Assembly: GCF_001949145.1 (NCBI RefSeq) | Contig: NW_019091361.1 | Span: 1,329,588-1,393,587 of the forward strand | Direction of reading: 5' to 3' | From: Acanthaster planci | Lineage: Eukaryota | Length of the DNA stretch: 64,000 nt | Shown: positions 1 to 11,168 of the stretch, piece by piece | Numbering within the stretch: position 1 is the first letter of the stretch | Layout of the letters: each line of letters starts with the position of its first letter | Made by a program: the position numbers and the translations under genes | The notes under the pieces: generated by a model | Database searches by the model: none | The model's input: the letters and a program-made list of their open reading frames with translations, nothing else | What the model was told of the DNA's origin: nothing

Positions 1-125
1 AGCACGCTGTTGTAGTTGTGCATACAGCGGCAAATATCGGCCACCGCTGCCCATTTCTCGATGGCTGCTGCCCGCCCAACCACCGTGGACTGTCGTAAGA
101 TCTCCGAGGCCACCAGTTTACTGAC
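1..125 (-). CDS. RASGRF: RasGRF exon: CDC25 domain (runs off the window edge)
   Basis: [42 protein letters not shown]; ccag acceptor, phase 0. Confidence 0.95.
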
Positions 126-590
126 CTGGCGAGACAACAGTGTCCAAAATTTCATATAACTAGATAGAGGGTAAGCTGGTGAATCTGATTCCCTGATTGA
201 TGGAAAGGTTGGGTGGAAATGGAGGTGCTCTCCTCGCCAAGGTTCAAATCCGATCCAGGCAGGTGTCAAGACCTTTTTCTCAGTTCCTACCTGAGCTGTT
301 AAGTCAGAGAAATCCTTCCTTTCATCAAGTCTGTAGATCAAGAACTGTTCGATGACAGAAAACTGACCATTTGACAAGGCTCTTGTGGTCACATCTGTTT
401 AATTGTCATAAGGAATCATTTAACAAACATCACCAAATACATGTACGTTGTGGTATTTGATGAAATGCTAGGAAATTGTAGGTCAGACCCAAATGTCTTC
501 TCTAACCACTTGTCTTGATATTTCACTTGCCAAAGGAACAACAAGACTTCTCACACACCGCCAACAATATAGGGTAAAATAGATCTTTAC

Positions 591-675
591 CTGGTTGAAT
601 CTCTTAGTGACATCAAGAATGTGAGGTGCCTTCATTGCCTTGTTCTGCTTCATCCAGCACTGGTTCAAGAACTCC
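591..675 (-). CDS. RASGRF: RasGRF exon: CDC25 domain
   Basis: EFLNQCWMKQNKAMKAPHILDVTKRFNQ; 85 nt, phase 2 to 0. Confidence 0.94.
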
Positions 676-902
676 CTGCAAAGCCCCAAATCAAACTATG
701 TTATCATCTCTCCACATGAACAGGTTTGATTGCTGGCACTGGACAGGACAGGTGGTTTCAATCAACTTATGTCCCTACTATATGTCAAAGAGAATCCAAG
801 GAATGGTGTCAATCAATTATGGAGTATTGCCCTGCTCCACATGTATTTTAACACTGTATACTCAGGTTTAACCCAGAAGGCTTGTGAAAAAAACCACTAG
901 CG

Positions 903-973
903 TACACGGGTGGGATTCAACCCACAACTTCCTGCTTACTAGTGCAGACATCTTAACCACTCGACCACCGAGC
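903..973 (-). repeat. tRNA-derived (SINE-like) sequence
   Basis: A box TGGTCGAGTGG, stem CTGC..GCAG, degenerate B box GGTTGAATCCC, downstream T run; no clean cloverleaf. Confidence 0.6.
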
Positions 974-1053
974 TTGCCGGTGTCAGCTGGTTTGCAAATC
1001 CATCCTTTGAATGGTGTCAAGTCATGTAAGTTTTTGTTTTTATTAACACACAC

Positions 1054-1224
1054 CACGGCGGAATGGCCCTGAGGATTTTGTGTTCAATGAAGGTCAGCTG
1101 CTCGGCAAGCTCCAAGACGGAGAGGTCTTCAAACGAGGCATGTGATGAGGTAGGGTGGCTGGGCGTGACACCAATCACCTGCTCTATCGTTGGAGAGATG
1201 GTGGAGTCTTCAGACATCAGCTGC
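1054..1224 (-). CDS. RASGRF: RasGRF exon: start of CDC25 (RasGEF) domain
   Basis: QLMSED...FEDLSVLELAEQLTFIEHKILRAIPP(W); 171 nt, phase 2 to 2. Confidence 0.92.
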
Positions 1225-1575
1225 CTACAATATGAGGAAACCAGGCGAGGTATTTCAGTAGGCCCACAGCCCAAGGGTAATAAACACTTCAACACCAACT
1301 TTTTTACTGGTTACTGTTCCGAGAATTCTTTCCCTATATAATTGATGCTGCAAGGTGGTTTGGCTTTAGTGTGTACTTCACAGCGATGTCTTTGTGGATT
1401 GTTTTTCATATTTCTGTGTCATGAGTTTATCCATGCATGACCGCAAATCAGAAATAACGGCTAATCTAAAATCTTATTTTTTACACAAGTAATTACTGAG
1501 TGATTAAGAAATAACCAAGATGCAAATATGAGCATTAATTGATACAAACACTGAATTGTTTTTAAAAACTCAAAC

Positions 1576-1688
1576 CTGAGAATGTTGGCTGCTCCTTTGT
1601 GCTCCGTGGGTAGGAGGTTAGTATTGGATGCAATCTCCTCCAAGAACTCTATTACTGCATTCCTTAGCTCGCTGTTGGACTCAAAATC
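1576..1688 (-). CDS. RASGRF: RasGRF exon: REM-CDC25 linker
   Basis: DFESNSELRNAVIEFLEEIASNTNLLPTEHKGAANIL(R); 113 nt, phase 0 to 2. Confidence 0.94.
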
Positions 1689-1907
1689 CTGGACATGAGG
1701 AATAAGCCCCAAAGCTTTTTCCAAGTTATAACAGTGACAGGTCAAAAGTGATTTGGAAATGTCACATGTGCTTCATCATGGTAATAATGAATAGCACAGT
1801 ATCTCGAACAGTGCAGGCAATTTGTTTCATCTTCTTGCTCAACCCCTGTCTCATAAAGACTTACTATTTCTAAGACTTCCCAGAGGATGATTACTTAAGT
1901 TTCTTAA

Positions 1908-2089
1908 CCCCTTCGCTCAGGGAGACGGCAAGACCTGCGGCTTTGTGTGAGGATTAGTGCATACCACACATACAGTCTATTCACCATGCAGCGGCTGGTT
2001 CAATGGGGCCTGCTGATGGACAAAGTCCTCCATTCAGGGCATACCACAGCCCAGCAGTCACGGTGAAAGGAATTATTGGCACGAAGGGG
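1908..2089. mobile_element. piggyBac-like MITE
   Basis: TTAA-CCCCTTCG ... CGAAGGGG-TTAA. Confidence 0.65.
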
Positions 2090-2343
2090 TTAAGCAACTG
2101 ACAGTGTTGCAGTCAAATCCTCAAACACTTTTCTCGAGTCCATCTCAAGACTATTACCGGTGACCGGGATTTACGTTGCAAAACATAGTACTGGGCTGCG
2201 ACACATACAACTATTCCTTTATGACTGTTCCTGCTTTTGCTACCTGTGGCCTAAGTTATGATTTTGCTTGCGATGGACTTGAATAAAATGTGCACAGACG
2301 GGCAGTTCACAGCATGATGAACAAGCTGGGAACTTAAATACAA

Positions 2344-2756
2344 ATGTGACCGTCACGACAAAATGAGCGTAAAGTCGCATTCAACTCTTTCTATTTTTGA
2401 AGATTCCAAATCATATTGAAGTGGAGGTTAATTTGAGGATTTTGTAATACTTGGAAAGACTAACCCGTCTCCTATTTGATTCCAAATATTTTGCGGGATC
2501 ATAGAGTTCAAAATGTCATTTTCACAGCAGTTTTGACAATAGCACTATGCATGCCTGTCTGAAATGTTGAAAAAAATGTCATGAACAAAGATGCAAAGCT
2601 GCCAGAATAATGTCACATTGTCACCTTGTACTTCTACCCTAAATGTTTCCATTTACATGCCATTATAAAGCTCTTTTTCTGCTGAACTCAAAAATACCAA
2701 TATCTCAATTTTTGAAAATTTTGACTTTCAGCTCATTTTGTGGTGACCGATCACAA
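2344..2756 (+). mobile_element. MITE family X, full copy
   Basis: Imperfect TIRs tgtgaccgtcacgacaaaatgagc / gctcattttgtggtgaccgatcaca; an inverted homologue lies at 3555-3900. Confidence 0.75.
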
Positions 2757-3190
2757 ATACACACACTGACAGTCAATGAAAATGCACCACTTGTCATGTC
2801 TTGAAATCAGGGGATGAAAGTAAAACGAAGGGACTGGGAAGGAAGAACTCAGACCAACCAGACCAGGGCCTACGAGCATCAAGACATCAGTGCATGAGGG
2901 CATTGAGACGTCAAGACACAGAAGCACAGTAATCACTAATACATGAAGTAAGAAAATGAACTGCTTATATGTGTCGCCACTCTTGCTGCAAAACCTCATT
3001 GCAAAGACCAAGAGATGAGATACTTTCTTTGAGGTCCTAATGTTCAGAATGATTGATTGCTGCACTTTCATCGACCGTCACGGTATTCCAGAAACATCCA
3101 GGAGTACTTAATGAATGAATTCTCATGACACCACTACAGCCAAATACACAGTACCGCTTCACTGCCACCTAATTGTCTGTGGTGACTCAC

Positions 3191-3291
3191 CTGACTGAAT
3201 TTAGAGACCCAGTGTCGGATGACGTTGATGACTCTCACTGTGGCAGCAGAACTGATGACTTCCTTGCTAAGACAGCTCTGCAACTTGCCTC
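3191..3291 (-). CDS. RASGRF: RasGRF exon: second half of split REM region
   Basis: GKLQSCLSKEVISSAATVRVINVIRHWVSKFSQ; upstream ACTAAT branch point and pyrimidine tract; gtgagt donor; 101 nt, phase 1 to 0. Confidence 0.92.
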
Positions 3292-3554
3292 CTGCCCAAG
3301 ACGGAAAGGGGGATTGATTGGTCATTAGTCCCAGATGTATGTGTATTCCCGAAACTGCCGTGGACTGACAAATGCCGTGGACTGACAAATGCCATGGTCG
3401 TGCTGATGCTGGAAACTGTGCTAGCAGTAGCAGCATTTGCCAGTGGTACAAACTGGGCCAAATTTCATAGAGCAACAGTAGTGCTTACTGTAACTAATAA
3501 TAATGCTGCACGAACACTATTCAATGGCCTGGAAGTGCTAAGGGTGGCAAAAAT

Positions 3555-3900
3555 ATGTGACCTGTCACTGCACAATGAGCTGAAAGTCAGAATTTTCAAA
3601 AACTAAGAAATTGGTATTTTCGAATTCAGCAGAAAAAGAGCTTTATAATGGCATGTACATGGAACACTTGGTATAAGGTGACAATGTGGCATTATTCTGG
3701 CAGCTTTGTGTCTTTGTTCCCGATGTTGTTTCAACATATCAGACCAGGCACGAATAATGCTACCTTCACAATTGCTGGGAAAATGGCATTGTTAAATATG
3801 TGATTCTGCCAATTATTTGGAATTAAAAAGGGGACAGGTTCCTCTTCCCAAATATTACAAAACCCCCAAATTAAACCCCACTTCAATATGACTTTGAATT
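3555..3900 (-). mobile_element. MITE family X, inverted truncated copy
   Basis: Reverse complement aligns to 2400-2756 (cagcagaaaaagagctttataatggcatgta; ttattctggcagctttg; ccacttcaatatga). Confidence 0.75.
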
Positions 3901-4346
3901 GCATTGTTACTTCACCGGTCTAAGCTACCCTCTCTGAAGGGGATAAGCGTGCTTCAGCTAGGCTTGCTGCATATTGGTCTTTGTGAAATAAATGAAGGTT
4001 TAGTTACACAAACTTAAAGCTTCTTACTGCAGTCACCTAGTTATTCATTCTATACACACATTTACAGGTGTATGCATACAACAAATTAGCCCTAATAAGT
4101 GTTTTCAATGGCTAAAAAGGCTAAATCCAGGAGGTATAAGCCGACATGAAAATAGTCATTAATGAATAGTGGCTGTTTCTTTCCCCACTGACCAAGAAAG
4201 TTACAAAAAACGCAGAAAATTTCTGACTTGCGAGAGAATGCTAGTTGGTGCATAACAACAAAATTATGGCCTCAAACACATAAGCCATCTAGCACAAGTT
4301 GGCAGCCCCTTAATTAATGACATTTTAAAACAAAAAAAACCCTTAC

Positions 4347-4592
4347 TGCCAAAGGCCCTATTCCTTCTGTCCTTGGACTTGTCCTCCATGATCACGTCCT
4401 TCGGGTTACTGCACCCTGCGGTGGCCGCAGCGAAGGCTGCGCTGGCTGATGAGGAGCTCGACCGCCGGGTGGACTGGCGGGAGGAGGTGACCACCACACC
4501 GGCTGACACCGTGTTGCTGGGTGGCGGGGAGCTACTGAACTGGAAATGGGAACCGACCGAGCTGCGAGGGGAGGTTGGGACAGGCACCTCGG
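4347..4592 (-). CDS. RASGRF: RasGRF exon: linker with conserved GVVVTS / AAFAAATAG motif
   Basis: EVPVPTSPR...AGVVVTSSRQSTRRSSSSSASAAFAAATAG...; 246 nt, phase 1 to 1; gtaagg donor. Confidence 0.9.
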
Positions 4593-5006
4593 CTGGATAC
4601 CAAGACAACAGAGGCAAAAATTTTACAGGCATGTCAAGCAAACTGGTACTCTGCATAATTCTCCACTGATGACTGACACTCATTTGTGGCAAGAATGCAA
4701 AGCTTAAGAATACTGTAAAGCTCGGCAGCTTTCGAATTTGTTGGAAGGGCGATTTCAGTTTGGTTGTCCAGCTCCAGTATAAATTCTGGGCGTGGATGTT
4801 GGATGAAGTGGTGCACTAGAGTCAGTAAAGTTTTAAGTAACATTTTAAGAAACAAGTGAAAAAAACAATTTTGGTATGCCACCCCCCCTCCGAGGATCAG
4901 TGAATTCTCAGGAGAAAATTAAGTAACACTAAACCCAGCAGCAGAAGGAAACTGCATGGTTGGAAAGACAGAAATCTGCCTAGTGGTTTTAAAGTTCTGC
5001 CTGAGA

Positions 5007-5197
5007 CAATGGCAGTGAACAGGGAGGGGAGAGAAAGGGGCCTCTTGGCCCCCATCACTTTTTCGACTTGGGGATGGCCGCCAACGCTTGGTCAGAATTC
5101 AGTAGGGCTGGGCTTATCTGCCTATTAATGGCTGATGCCTGATGGTCTCACAACTGTTCCCCCCCCCCCACTTTGAAAATCGTTCCACTGCCGTTGG
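5007..5197 (+). repeat. Short GC-rich TIR repeat related to 55771-55966
   Basis: Shared gcctattaa.ggc.ga.gcctgat and ccccccactttgaaaatc.ttccac.gccg.tg; ends caatggcagtg / cactgccgttg. Confidence 0.6.
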
Positions 5198-5275
5198 CTA
5201 GAGTTATTTAACACAAGGTAAGGCAAAGTAACGTGTAACATAGTTTCACCCCACCATTCAATGGTTACAGCCGTA

Positions 5276-5730
5276 CAGTGGAATGCCGCTATAACGAACA
5301 CGACGGGGTGCACGCTACATGTTTGGTACAGTGGTCCTTTGGTGTACCGAAACTAACTGCCAAACGTTTCGTTGCCACATTGAATAGCGCCCTCTCTTGT
5401 CTAACTGTAGTGCACCCTCTTGTGATACTATGATTTGCTGTTTTCGTGATGTTTTGCTATTGCATTCACGTTTGAGGTTTCTAGAAATGTATCTGTTAAC
5501 TATTTTTGTTTTTTCATTAAATACTGAGTTATAAAATTGATATTTAGTTCATCCTAAAAGTCGTGAAGCTACCGCTCAGGATCAATCTCTGATGCATGCT
5601 GTGGTGAACCTCGGTTGATTTGCAACTGCATAATGTTCGGTAACCTGCACAAAATATTGGGAGCCAAGGATGATGTTCGGTACAGCCGAATGTTCGGTAT
5701 AGCAGTGTTCAGTATAGCGGCGTTCCACTG
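5276..5730. mobile_element. Tc1/mariner (pogo/Tigger-like) non-autonomous element
   Basis: TIRs CAGTGGAATGCCGCTATAACGAACAC / GTGTTCAGTATAGCGGCGTTCCACTG, with TA on both sides. Confidence 0.85.
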
Positions 5731-5767
5731 TAGTACAATATGGAGCAAGAAAACACTTTATACAGAC

Positions 5768-5974
5768 CTGATTTGATGCCCTTTGCTAGGGCAGCTATGT
5801 TGGGTGCAGAATGGCTGGTGGACAACATCCGCTTGGGAGACAGCCCGCCGCTCGTCTGGTCCATGATGCGCGGACTGGTGGGTGGGGTCAGGGCATTACT
5901 GTAGGGTGGGGAGGCAGGGGGTGTGGTCAGGTCCGTGGTTGGTGCCTCGTTCTCCTGACTGGACTTTTCTGATG
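5768..5974 (-). CDS. RASGRF: RasGRF exon: Ser/Pro/Thr-rich linker
   Basis: SEKSSQENEAPTTDLTTPPASPP...STSHSAPNIAALAKGIKS; strong pyrimidine acceptor; 207 nt, phase 1 to 1; GC-rich relative to introns. Confidence 0.78.
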
Positions 5975-6716
5975 CTACAGAGAAAAAGACACTGAATATC
6001 ATGTGCTTTTCAGATGCAGGCTGAGTTTCTCAAGGCGCAATTAAATGCCTACCCACTTCTCCCTTCTAAGAAAAGAAATAATTTTTGCAAGAAAAGCATT
6101 AACTCCAAAAAAAATAGGTACAGTGTATGAAATCACAATTAAAATCTGGACATTAAAACTACACAGTAACTTACAAGCATTAAAAGCAAACAGACAAAAC
6201 CTCGAAGTCTTACGGAGCTCCTAAAAGCTCTCACGCTAACTACAAAATGCACAAAGAACTTGATGTCGCTCCTATTGGCAGTTAGATGCAAGGTTTTCCC
6301 TAGGGTGTTCATGCAGTTGAAGTGGTGAAAAAAAAAATCAACGTGCATGCATAACTGTGAGCGTTACAAACCATGCTGGCAGGGCCTTAAATAAGTTCCG
6401 TCATGTCCATGTCCATGTAGGTCTACACTCACGTTAGATGTACCAATATAATGACTCCATAGCTATTTCCTCTAAATGAACAAGTCTTGCATTGTGCAGC
6501 CTTCTTTTTGTAGCCAAAGCAGGCCAAGCTTGAAATTGTCTACAAACTATGCCATTCTCTATTTTTCTCCAAAACATTTTTCTCTTTTTCTTTTTTCGTG
6601 AGCAAGAGGTACTGCAGGTTGAGGTGGTCACGAACATGAGTGATGTGGGCTGCCTCTGCTTAAGATATCCCACAGGGCTGCGGAGAGACTATGTCTCATT
6701 TTGCACTGAAACCTAC

Positions 6717-6928
6717 CCTTCTTGAAGCTCCTTCGGAAAGGGTGCATGCGGGCGTTGGTGGTGGTGTCAATGAACTCCCGGTTGGATCCCGTGGTGTGGT
6801 TAACACTGACCGGCGAGGTGACGGTGATGCTGTGCCTGGTTGACCGGGCCACACTGGGGCTGACAGGTGGGGGGCTACTGGCCGAATGATTCGTGTCCAT
6901 CAGTTTAGGACTGGATGGTGGATTCACA
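6717..6928 (-). CDS. RASGRF: RasGRF exon: Ser/Pro-rich linker
   Basis: VNPPSSPKLMDTNHSASSPPPVSP...RRSFKK; includes an SSPPP motif; ttctag acceptor, gtaggt donor; 212 nt, phase 2 to 1 bridges its neighbours. Confidence 0.8.
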
Positions 6929-7337
6929 CTAGAAATGTGCACAATTTCAGGAATCCTGAATTGGAAGTACTCATTTGCTCAACCACACCTAAATAACTTT
7001 TAGTTACTGTAATTCAAACATTTGTTGCCTCTTCAGTTATTGTTTTGGGTCAGACAGAATGATAAGATAATAAAAGCAATAATAACTAGTGACATCATTG
7101 GTACCTATTGGTCCTATTGCATTATACAGCAATAACATGACAACTTCTACATCATGCTTAATCAATTTCCATGTGAACAGCGCAGGAACAGCTCATGCGC
7201 AATGCATCACATCCACAAAATTTTAATTAGTTACCTCAACAAAATCTGAAAAACTGGTTGAGTTTATTCAATCCGCATGGCAGTTTTGAATAAGAAAAAC
7301 TTATGAAGAATGAGAACAAATTTGTGGCTTGGTATTC

Positions 7338-7523
7338 TGGAACCTCTAGCTGCAGTGACAAGGGAGACTTTGAGGTTCAACCCCCAAGCCTCCAAAAATG
7401 GAAGAACACAGAAAAAAGAACCAATGGAACCTCTAGCTGCAGTGACATGGGAGACTTTGGGGTTCAACCCCAAGCCCCCCAAAAATTAGAAGAACAGGGA
7501 AAAAAGAACAGGATGGAACTCTA
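7338..7523. repeat. Tandem duplication of an 87-89-bp unit (two copies plus the start of a third)
   Basis: tggaacctctagctgcagtgaca at 7338 and 7425, tggaactcta at 7514. Confidence 0.9.
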
Positions 7524-7921
7524 TATAGTACTGTTATATCATTGACTGTACTGATGACTTCTTTGTTCAATAGCTGGTGATCCTGAAACATTTGTATCAG
7601 CCCCAATGAAAGAGTTCTCACGACCCATCCAACTGTTACCCAACATTTTGGGGGAATGTTCAATAATACAGTACATGTATGCATACAACAAAAATTGGTC
7701 TAAAGAAGGATAAATGAACATGGTGACTGCTATGAACATAGCTAAAAAGTGCTTGTTTATTTAACATAGTCGGCCATTTTGATACAGATCCCATGCACAC
7801 CACCTCCAAAGTAGGAGCAATTAGTAAGACGTCTGATCACCCATCCTGAGCATTCAACAGTGAAGGCTGTTAAGCGCACCAATGCCGATAAACATAGGAA
7901 GCCCATCCAGCAAACACTTAC

Positions 7922-8173
7922 TTCAGGAGGCTCTCCACCGTGTCCGGGTTGCGGTAGACTCGCTTGAGTGTGTCCAAGATCTCCTGCCAGGAGGTGAAGA
8001 CGCGGTAGGTCAGCAGGAACGTGTTGAGGAAGTCGATGCTGAGGAAGCGCAGGTCCGTCAGCCGTTCCAGCAGGCGCTCAAGGGTGGCGTAGCGGATCTG
8101 AGGCACCTTGCACGAATTTAGTATCTTGCTGAAGCGGATGTCGTGGTCATCCTTGAAAAGGCGAGAGTCAGAC
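7922..8173 (-). CDS. RASGRF: RasGRF exon: REM (RasGEF_N) domain
   Basis: [60 protein letters not shown]...; 252 nt, phase 2 to 2. Confidence 0.96.
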
Positions 8174-8398
8174 CTGGGGTGGGTGAAGCGACGGGTAGAA
8201 AACAGAAAAAAGAATCGTTGTTTATTTACGATCTGCATGTTGATGCATGGAAACAATTTAAAATATGGGGACCATGTGATCTGTGGATGGCAATGTGGAA
8301 TAACATATTAGAAAATGACTGAAGCTAAAGTATACGCAAAGTTTCATTTGAACCATTGCATACCATACTCTCAAACTAGCATTTACTGAGTACATTAA

Positions 8399-8779
8399 CC
8401 CCTTGATGATGGGAATTTCTTCCCGAAAGCTGACTCAAAGAATTCCAGCCTCGCTTGGTCATGAAGGCCACCTGCCAAACCGCAAATTCTCGGTTTTAGG
8501 CCCTGCGTGCTCTGCACACTTTGAATTACACAGTGAAAAGGCTGATTGTTCGTTGGCATGCAGCTCTACTCACGCTTCCACATACCTGTTGCCTCTTTTC
8601 AAAGTGNNNNNNNNNNNNNNNNNNNNNNNNNNNNNNNNNNNNNNNNNNNNNNNNNNNNAATTACAATATATACAAGAGCCAGGGTCTCCTTCTTTCACCA
8701 TGTTCGCTCGAGCGTGGGCCAAGAATAATAGCTGAAAAGCGGGCTGAGGATCTCAATTTTTTACAGCGGTGCGAAGGGG
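8399..8779. mobile_element. piggyBac-like element spanning the assembly gap
   Basis: TTAA-CCCCTT ... CGAAGGGG-TTAA; internal N run. Confidence 0.55.
8607..8658. other. Assembly gap (52 N)
   Basis: Run of N. Confidence 1.
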
Positions 8780-8959
8780 TTAATACTCAATGCACCATAG
8801 AGAGAAACCAATTCCTCAGGTAAGTGCATAACAGTAGCATGTCCAGGTCTTGACGGGAAGGAACATGGAATTTCTTTTTCTGAAAATGACTGTCTAATTT
8901 TTATCCTTAAAAGAATCAAAAGTCCCCTCCTCCACAAGAAAGGTGGCAATACCATTTCT

Positions 8960-9109
8960 ATAGACTACCGAAATGAATACGCTATGTGCACAATTATGTG
9001 TGTTAAAGAGGTAATGCACGAACCAGCATGAGAACCAACATGTGTGCGTACTCCATTCATTTGCACAATACCTTCCGGTTCAAAATGGCATCACACTTCG
9101 CGACTCTGT
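8960..9109 (+). mobile_element. MITE family Z, copy 1
   Basis: Colinear similarity with 25148-25297 (gtgcacaatta..gaaccag..gaaccaaca..cgtact..tttgcac..ggttca..tcacacttcg). Confidence 0.7.
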
Positions 9110-9912
9110 GATGCTGGTGTTTTTATTTCCTTGAAAAATGGTCAGCATGCCTCCATTGGGGCAACTTGTGCTCTTTCAGCAATTTTCTGGCTAAATTAAC
9201 ATTAAACATTAAACAAAGAAGGGACATGTATACAAAAATGACAGAGGTCTGTGACCAGTTAGTGCCCTCTGCATAGCCAGTTGAGATGTTGTCTTCTTTA
9301 CATGTAGCAACGAAACACCAATCAGTCGTCTCCAACCTACAGAAGTAGCCTGGCGGCTAATGTAGCCACCAAGCTTTGACAGTCTGGCTGCTAAGTTGAA
9401 AGTTTTGGGTGCTGCCTTTACATGCTTGAATATTTCAACTTGTTCAGGATGATCTTAATGGAAAAAAGCTGTGTATGATTGCTTCCACTTCCACAGATAG
9501 CAAATATAGCAAGAAATAAACTGGATTTTTGACAAGGTCTCTTATCAATCCTTCCAAAGCAAGTTTAAAGATTACAAGTCGGAGAAGACTACTGATATTC
9601 TGAAATTTGGGCAGGTCTTATTAGTTTTGGAACTGAACCAAATGCACGAAATGAAAGCTGTCCAATGAAACTTCAAGGAAAAGGAATAAGAAAGGTGAGA
9701 TAGCTCATATTCCAGAAAGATAAAAATATATGGCAAACTAATCACCAACAAAAGTAAAGGGAAAAATAGCATCTTTTAGGAAACATACCAGCTTGACGTC
9801 AGCACAAATGTTCAAAGCTTTACAATTTTAATCACCCATCGCTCAATTTCAACCTTCACCATTTTTCTCAAGGAGCGTGAATAGTACATCTGGTCAATAG
9901 TAATTGCTAATT

Positions 9913-10163
9913 TGGGTAATTCCAGAAAATTAGGGGTCGAAAAGTATGATATTTTTCGTTTCCCTGATACATTTGACCTTTGTTATTTGACATGAAAATA
10001 TCACTGGAATTGATTTCAATCTATTACTACTTGTTTGGCAGGTACTTTGCATAAATTCATCACTCTTGGAAATTAAAAAATGTGTTATGAACCTACAAAA
10101 TCATATGTCAGATGTGACAGGGACACACAAAAAATGTGGACCTCTATCTTCTGGAAGTATCCA
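9913..10163 (+). mobile_element. MITE family Y, copy A
   Basis: Starts tgggtaattccagaaaattaggggtc; shares its body with 51555-51803 and 56082-56320. Confidence 0.8.
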
Positions 10164-10914
10164 CTTTCCTTTCTGCCAAGCTTTAGAATGTAAGTACATG
10201 CAATGGAGAGAAACTCCCAGGCATAACGTGAACAGCTAGAATCCCAAGGAAAGCTTTCCGGCCCAATGGAAGCCCACCGTTGACAGTCCAAAGACAGAAA
10301 GACAATTACCTATGTTGAGCCAAGCAGGATAGAGTGCACCCATATTACACAACCCTCTGATTTGATACCATACCATGGTGTATACAAAACTGCAAATGTA
10401 ATATTTATGACCAACTCAGTGAATATGAATCAAAGGAACAAATGTGCATATTTGTGGCTTGCTGAGAATTCTACAATGAAAACAGATTCAGTTTCAAATT
10501 TTTTTTGGTTTTATGCAAGAAGCATTATGTTTAAAACATCTGTGTAAAGACTAAAACCAGAAGACTTTTCTCTACATTTGGTTGTAAAAGTTTAATTTCT
10601 TGGATTGTATTCTACAACAGTAGAGAAGAAAATAGTTGAAAAAAGTCTCGCAAAACTACAACGAAAACATGCAAAATTGTAGCACGTATCATATTCTTCA
10701 ACTCATGATTTATGTTTGGAGACGTTTTCACAGACCACGCAGGCCCCATACTGAGCGAGTGCAGGGATACTTTTAGCTACATTTCTATGAAAACATAAAG
10801 AACCAATTCTTTTGAGCAATTTGCCTGTCTCATATTCCAAAGGGCATTTTAAAAAAAAGCAGCGTAATGCATAAAGAAACAATGCACCAAGATTTCCAGA
10901 AAGCCAGAATCAAG

Positions 10915-11168
10915 CAGTGTTGCAGTGCTGGTACTCATTTTTTACACTCACTATGAGTAACCATTTTGCAACTCATACTCATTCAAATGGACTCAGCTAT
11001 GCTTAAAGCACTCTAGTACTTAAATGAAATGGTGCTCAGTTGGTGTACCGGTAATACTTTTCTTGTACTTGAACCCTTCTTATCAAAATATACACCACTT
11101 GGCACTCACTGTCACATGTATGAGTATTCATATACACACTCACTAAAGAGTACTCAACTGCAACACTG
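10915..11168. mobile_element. hAT-like MITE
   Basis: 12-bp TIRs CAGTGTTGCAGT / ACTGCAACACTG, repeated internal (g)tactca motifs; no clean TSD. Confidence 0.55.

Noticed and set aside
3267..3461. Ser/Thr-rich ORF as an extra RasGRF exon
   Set aside because: No usable donor; contains a 17-bp tandem duplication and the branch point and pyrimidine tract of the next exon.
6434..6680. Possible exon after a ctccgcag acceptor
   Set aside because: Would need an intron of about 39 nt, and the 6717 to 5974 junction already keeps the frame.
7882..8121. Plus-strand ORFs over exons (also 4373-4669, 17578-17937, 38910-39221)
   Set aside because: Antisense shadows of GC-rich coding exons.
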